From contig CAWCNS010000004.1 in assembly GCA_963796965.1 (NCBI GenBank), positions 384,001 through 448,000 of the forward strand: 64,000 nucleotides of DNA, written 5' to 3'. The notes under the pieces were generated by a model. It made no database searches, was not told the origin of the DNA, and was given only the letters and a program-made list of their open reading frames with translations. This document shows positions 63,073 to 64,000 of this stretch, one piece after another. Source of the DNA: Calditrichia bacterium (lineage in GTDB: Bacteria > Calditrichota > Calditrichia > JAJRVZ01). Made by a program: the position numbers and the translations under genes. How positions within the stretch are numbered: position 1 is the first letter of the stretch; each line of letters starts with the position of its first letter.

Positions 63073-64000
63073 ATGAATCGATTAATTATTTTTCTATTAA
63101 ACTACATCGTAATCATTTCAATAGTGCTACTATTTCCAAAAACAGGGAATTCCCAGATCACACTCCAGCCGAGTGGTTATTTCGATGCTCCTGGTTTCCG
63201 GTTTTTAGTTTATGAGAATGATTATCTTGGTGGCAGACTTGGAGGGTTAGAAATGATTCTTCAGGGTAAACGCGTTTTGGATGCCGGTAATGTGGTTTGT
63301 CTAACCACTGATGGTAAAAAATATGGCTACTATAGCGATGGTGATGATAAACGCGGGGAAAAGACTGTCGACCTAAAAAAGGGTGAGGTTTCTTATCCTG
63401 TTGAGCTCCTGCCTTTGGGATTAAAATATAAGGTTAATGTGATTGGCGATGGAAAATCGATTACTATTCAGATAGATCTTAATCAATCCATTGATTGGGG
63501 AAAAGTTAAAGAAATAGCCTTTCGCATAGAAATTTATCCTGAGGAGTACGATTATAAAACCTTTAATGGTGGCGGGATAAGCGACTATTTTTATGAGCAG
63601 CATATGGGGCGACGTGTTCTTATTCCAAAGGCTGAAAGAATTGATATTGCCCCGGAAGACCCTCAGCGCAGAATGACTTTTGAGGGTGAAAATGTGACAT
63701 TAAGTCTGCGCGACGAAAGACGTGATTTGAATGTGAGTGGGTATATGCTGTTTGCTTCATTAAAAAAGGGATCATCCCAGAAGTCATTTTCCCTCAAGAT
63801 ATCTCCCTCAATTGATCTTGATTGGACGAAGGAACCAATAATACAAGTATCTCAGGTAGGCTACCATCCGGGGCAGAAAAAAATTGCCTTTCTGGAGGTT
63901 AATCCTGGAACAATCGATATCCAAGATATGGAATTGTTGTTATTAAACGAAAATTCTGAGATTGAGAATGTGGCATACTTAAAACCTGAAAAATGGGGCG
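63073..64000 (+). CDS. 3'-truncated secreted GH9-type protein (N-terminal region and start of the CelD_N Ig-like domain)
   Basis: Not in the ORF track because there is no stop in the window. MNRLIIFLL..SQITLQPSGYFDAPG..GGLEMILQGKRV ... PIIQVSQVGYHPGQKKIAFLE. Confidence 0.7.
   Translation, partial: MNRLIIFLLNYIVIISIVLLFPKTGNSQITLQPSGYFDAPGFRFLVYENDYLGGRLGGLEMILQGKRVLDAGNVVCLTTDGKKYGYYSDGDDKRGEKTVDLKKGEVSYPVELLPLGLKYKVNVIGDGKSITIQIDLNQSIDWGKVKEIAFRIEIYPEEYDYKTFNGGGISDYFYEQHMGRRVLIPKAERIDIAPEDPQRRMTFEGENVTLSLRDERRDLNVSGYMLFASLKKGSSQKSFSLKISPSIDLDWTKEPIIQVSQVGYHPGQKKIAFLEVNPGTIDIQDMELLLLNENSEIENVAYLKPEKWG

Noticed and set aside
844..63603. Minus-strand and short overlapping ORFs in the ORF track
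   Set aside because: They lie antisense to or out of frame within well-supported genes or repeats and have no recognisable motifs.
3..64000. Integron cassette array
   Set aside because: The genes are co-oriented, but the spacers lack consistent RYYYAAC..GTTRRRY attC boundaries and no integrase is visible.

Overview
This is a 64-kb, AT-rich bacterial region with about 31 genes, all on the + strand. Most encode secreted or periplasmic carbohydrate-processing proteins: BNR/sialidase-like, GH106-like, GH78, GH123/DUF4091-like, GH32 x2, GH15-like, GH3 x2, GH16, GH28 x2, GH29, GH109, GH9, an esterase, a YdjC deacetylase and ceramidase-like amidohydrolases. I see no transporter, regulator, tRNA, rRNA or CRISPR array. 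One C-terminal QNYPNPFNP sorting domain points to an FCB-related lineage such as Calditrichota, KSB1 or Ignavibacteria (inference). Many genes are split by single-base indels that look like assembly errors. The most striking feature is non-coding: most intergenic spacers are filled by nested inverted-repeat elements from several unrelated families. One family has an intact member, a DUF559 (Vsr-like) endonuclease gene inside 34-bp hairpin-containing terminal inverted repeats, plus a visible deletion series (gene remnant, empty element, solo hairpin). Other families are 8-9-nt periodic TIR brackets, CGTC- and GTAG-type palindromes, a covarying CGAAG-loop element and 19-23-nt micro-inserts sitting inside the other repeats. 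All product calls come from motif recognition by eye, not database searches.
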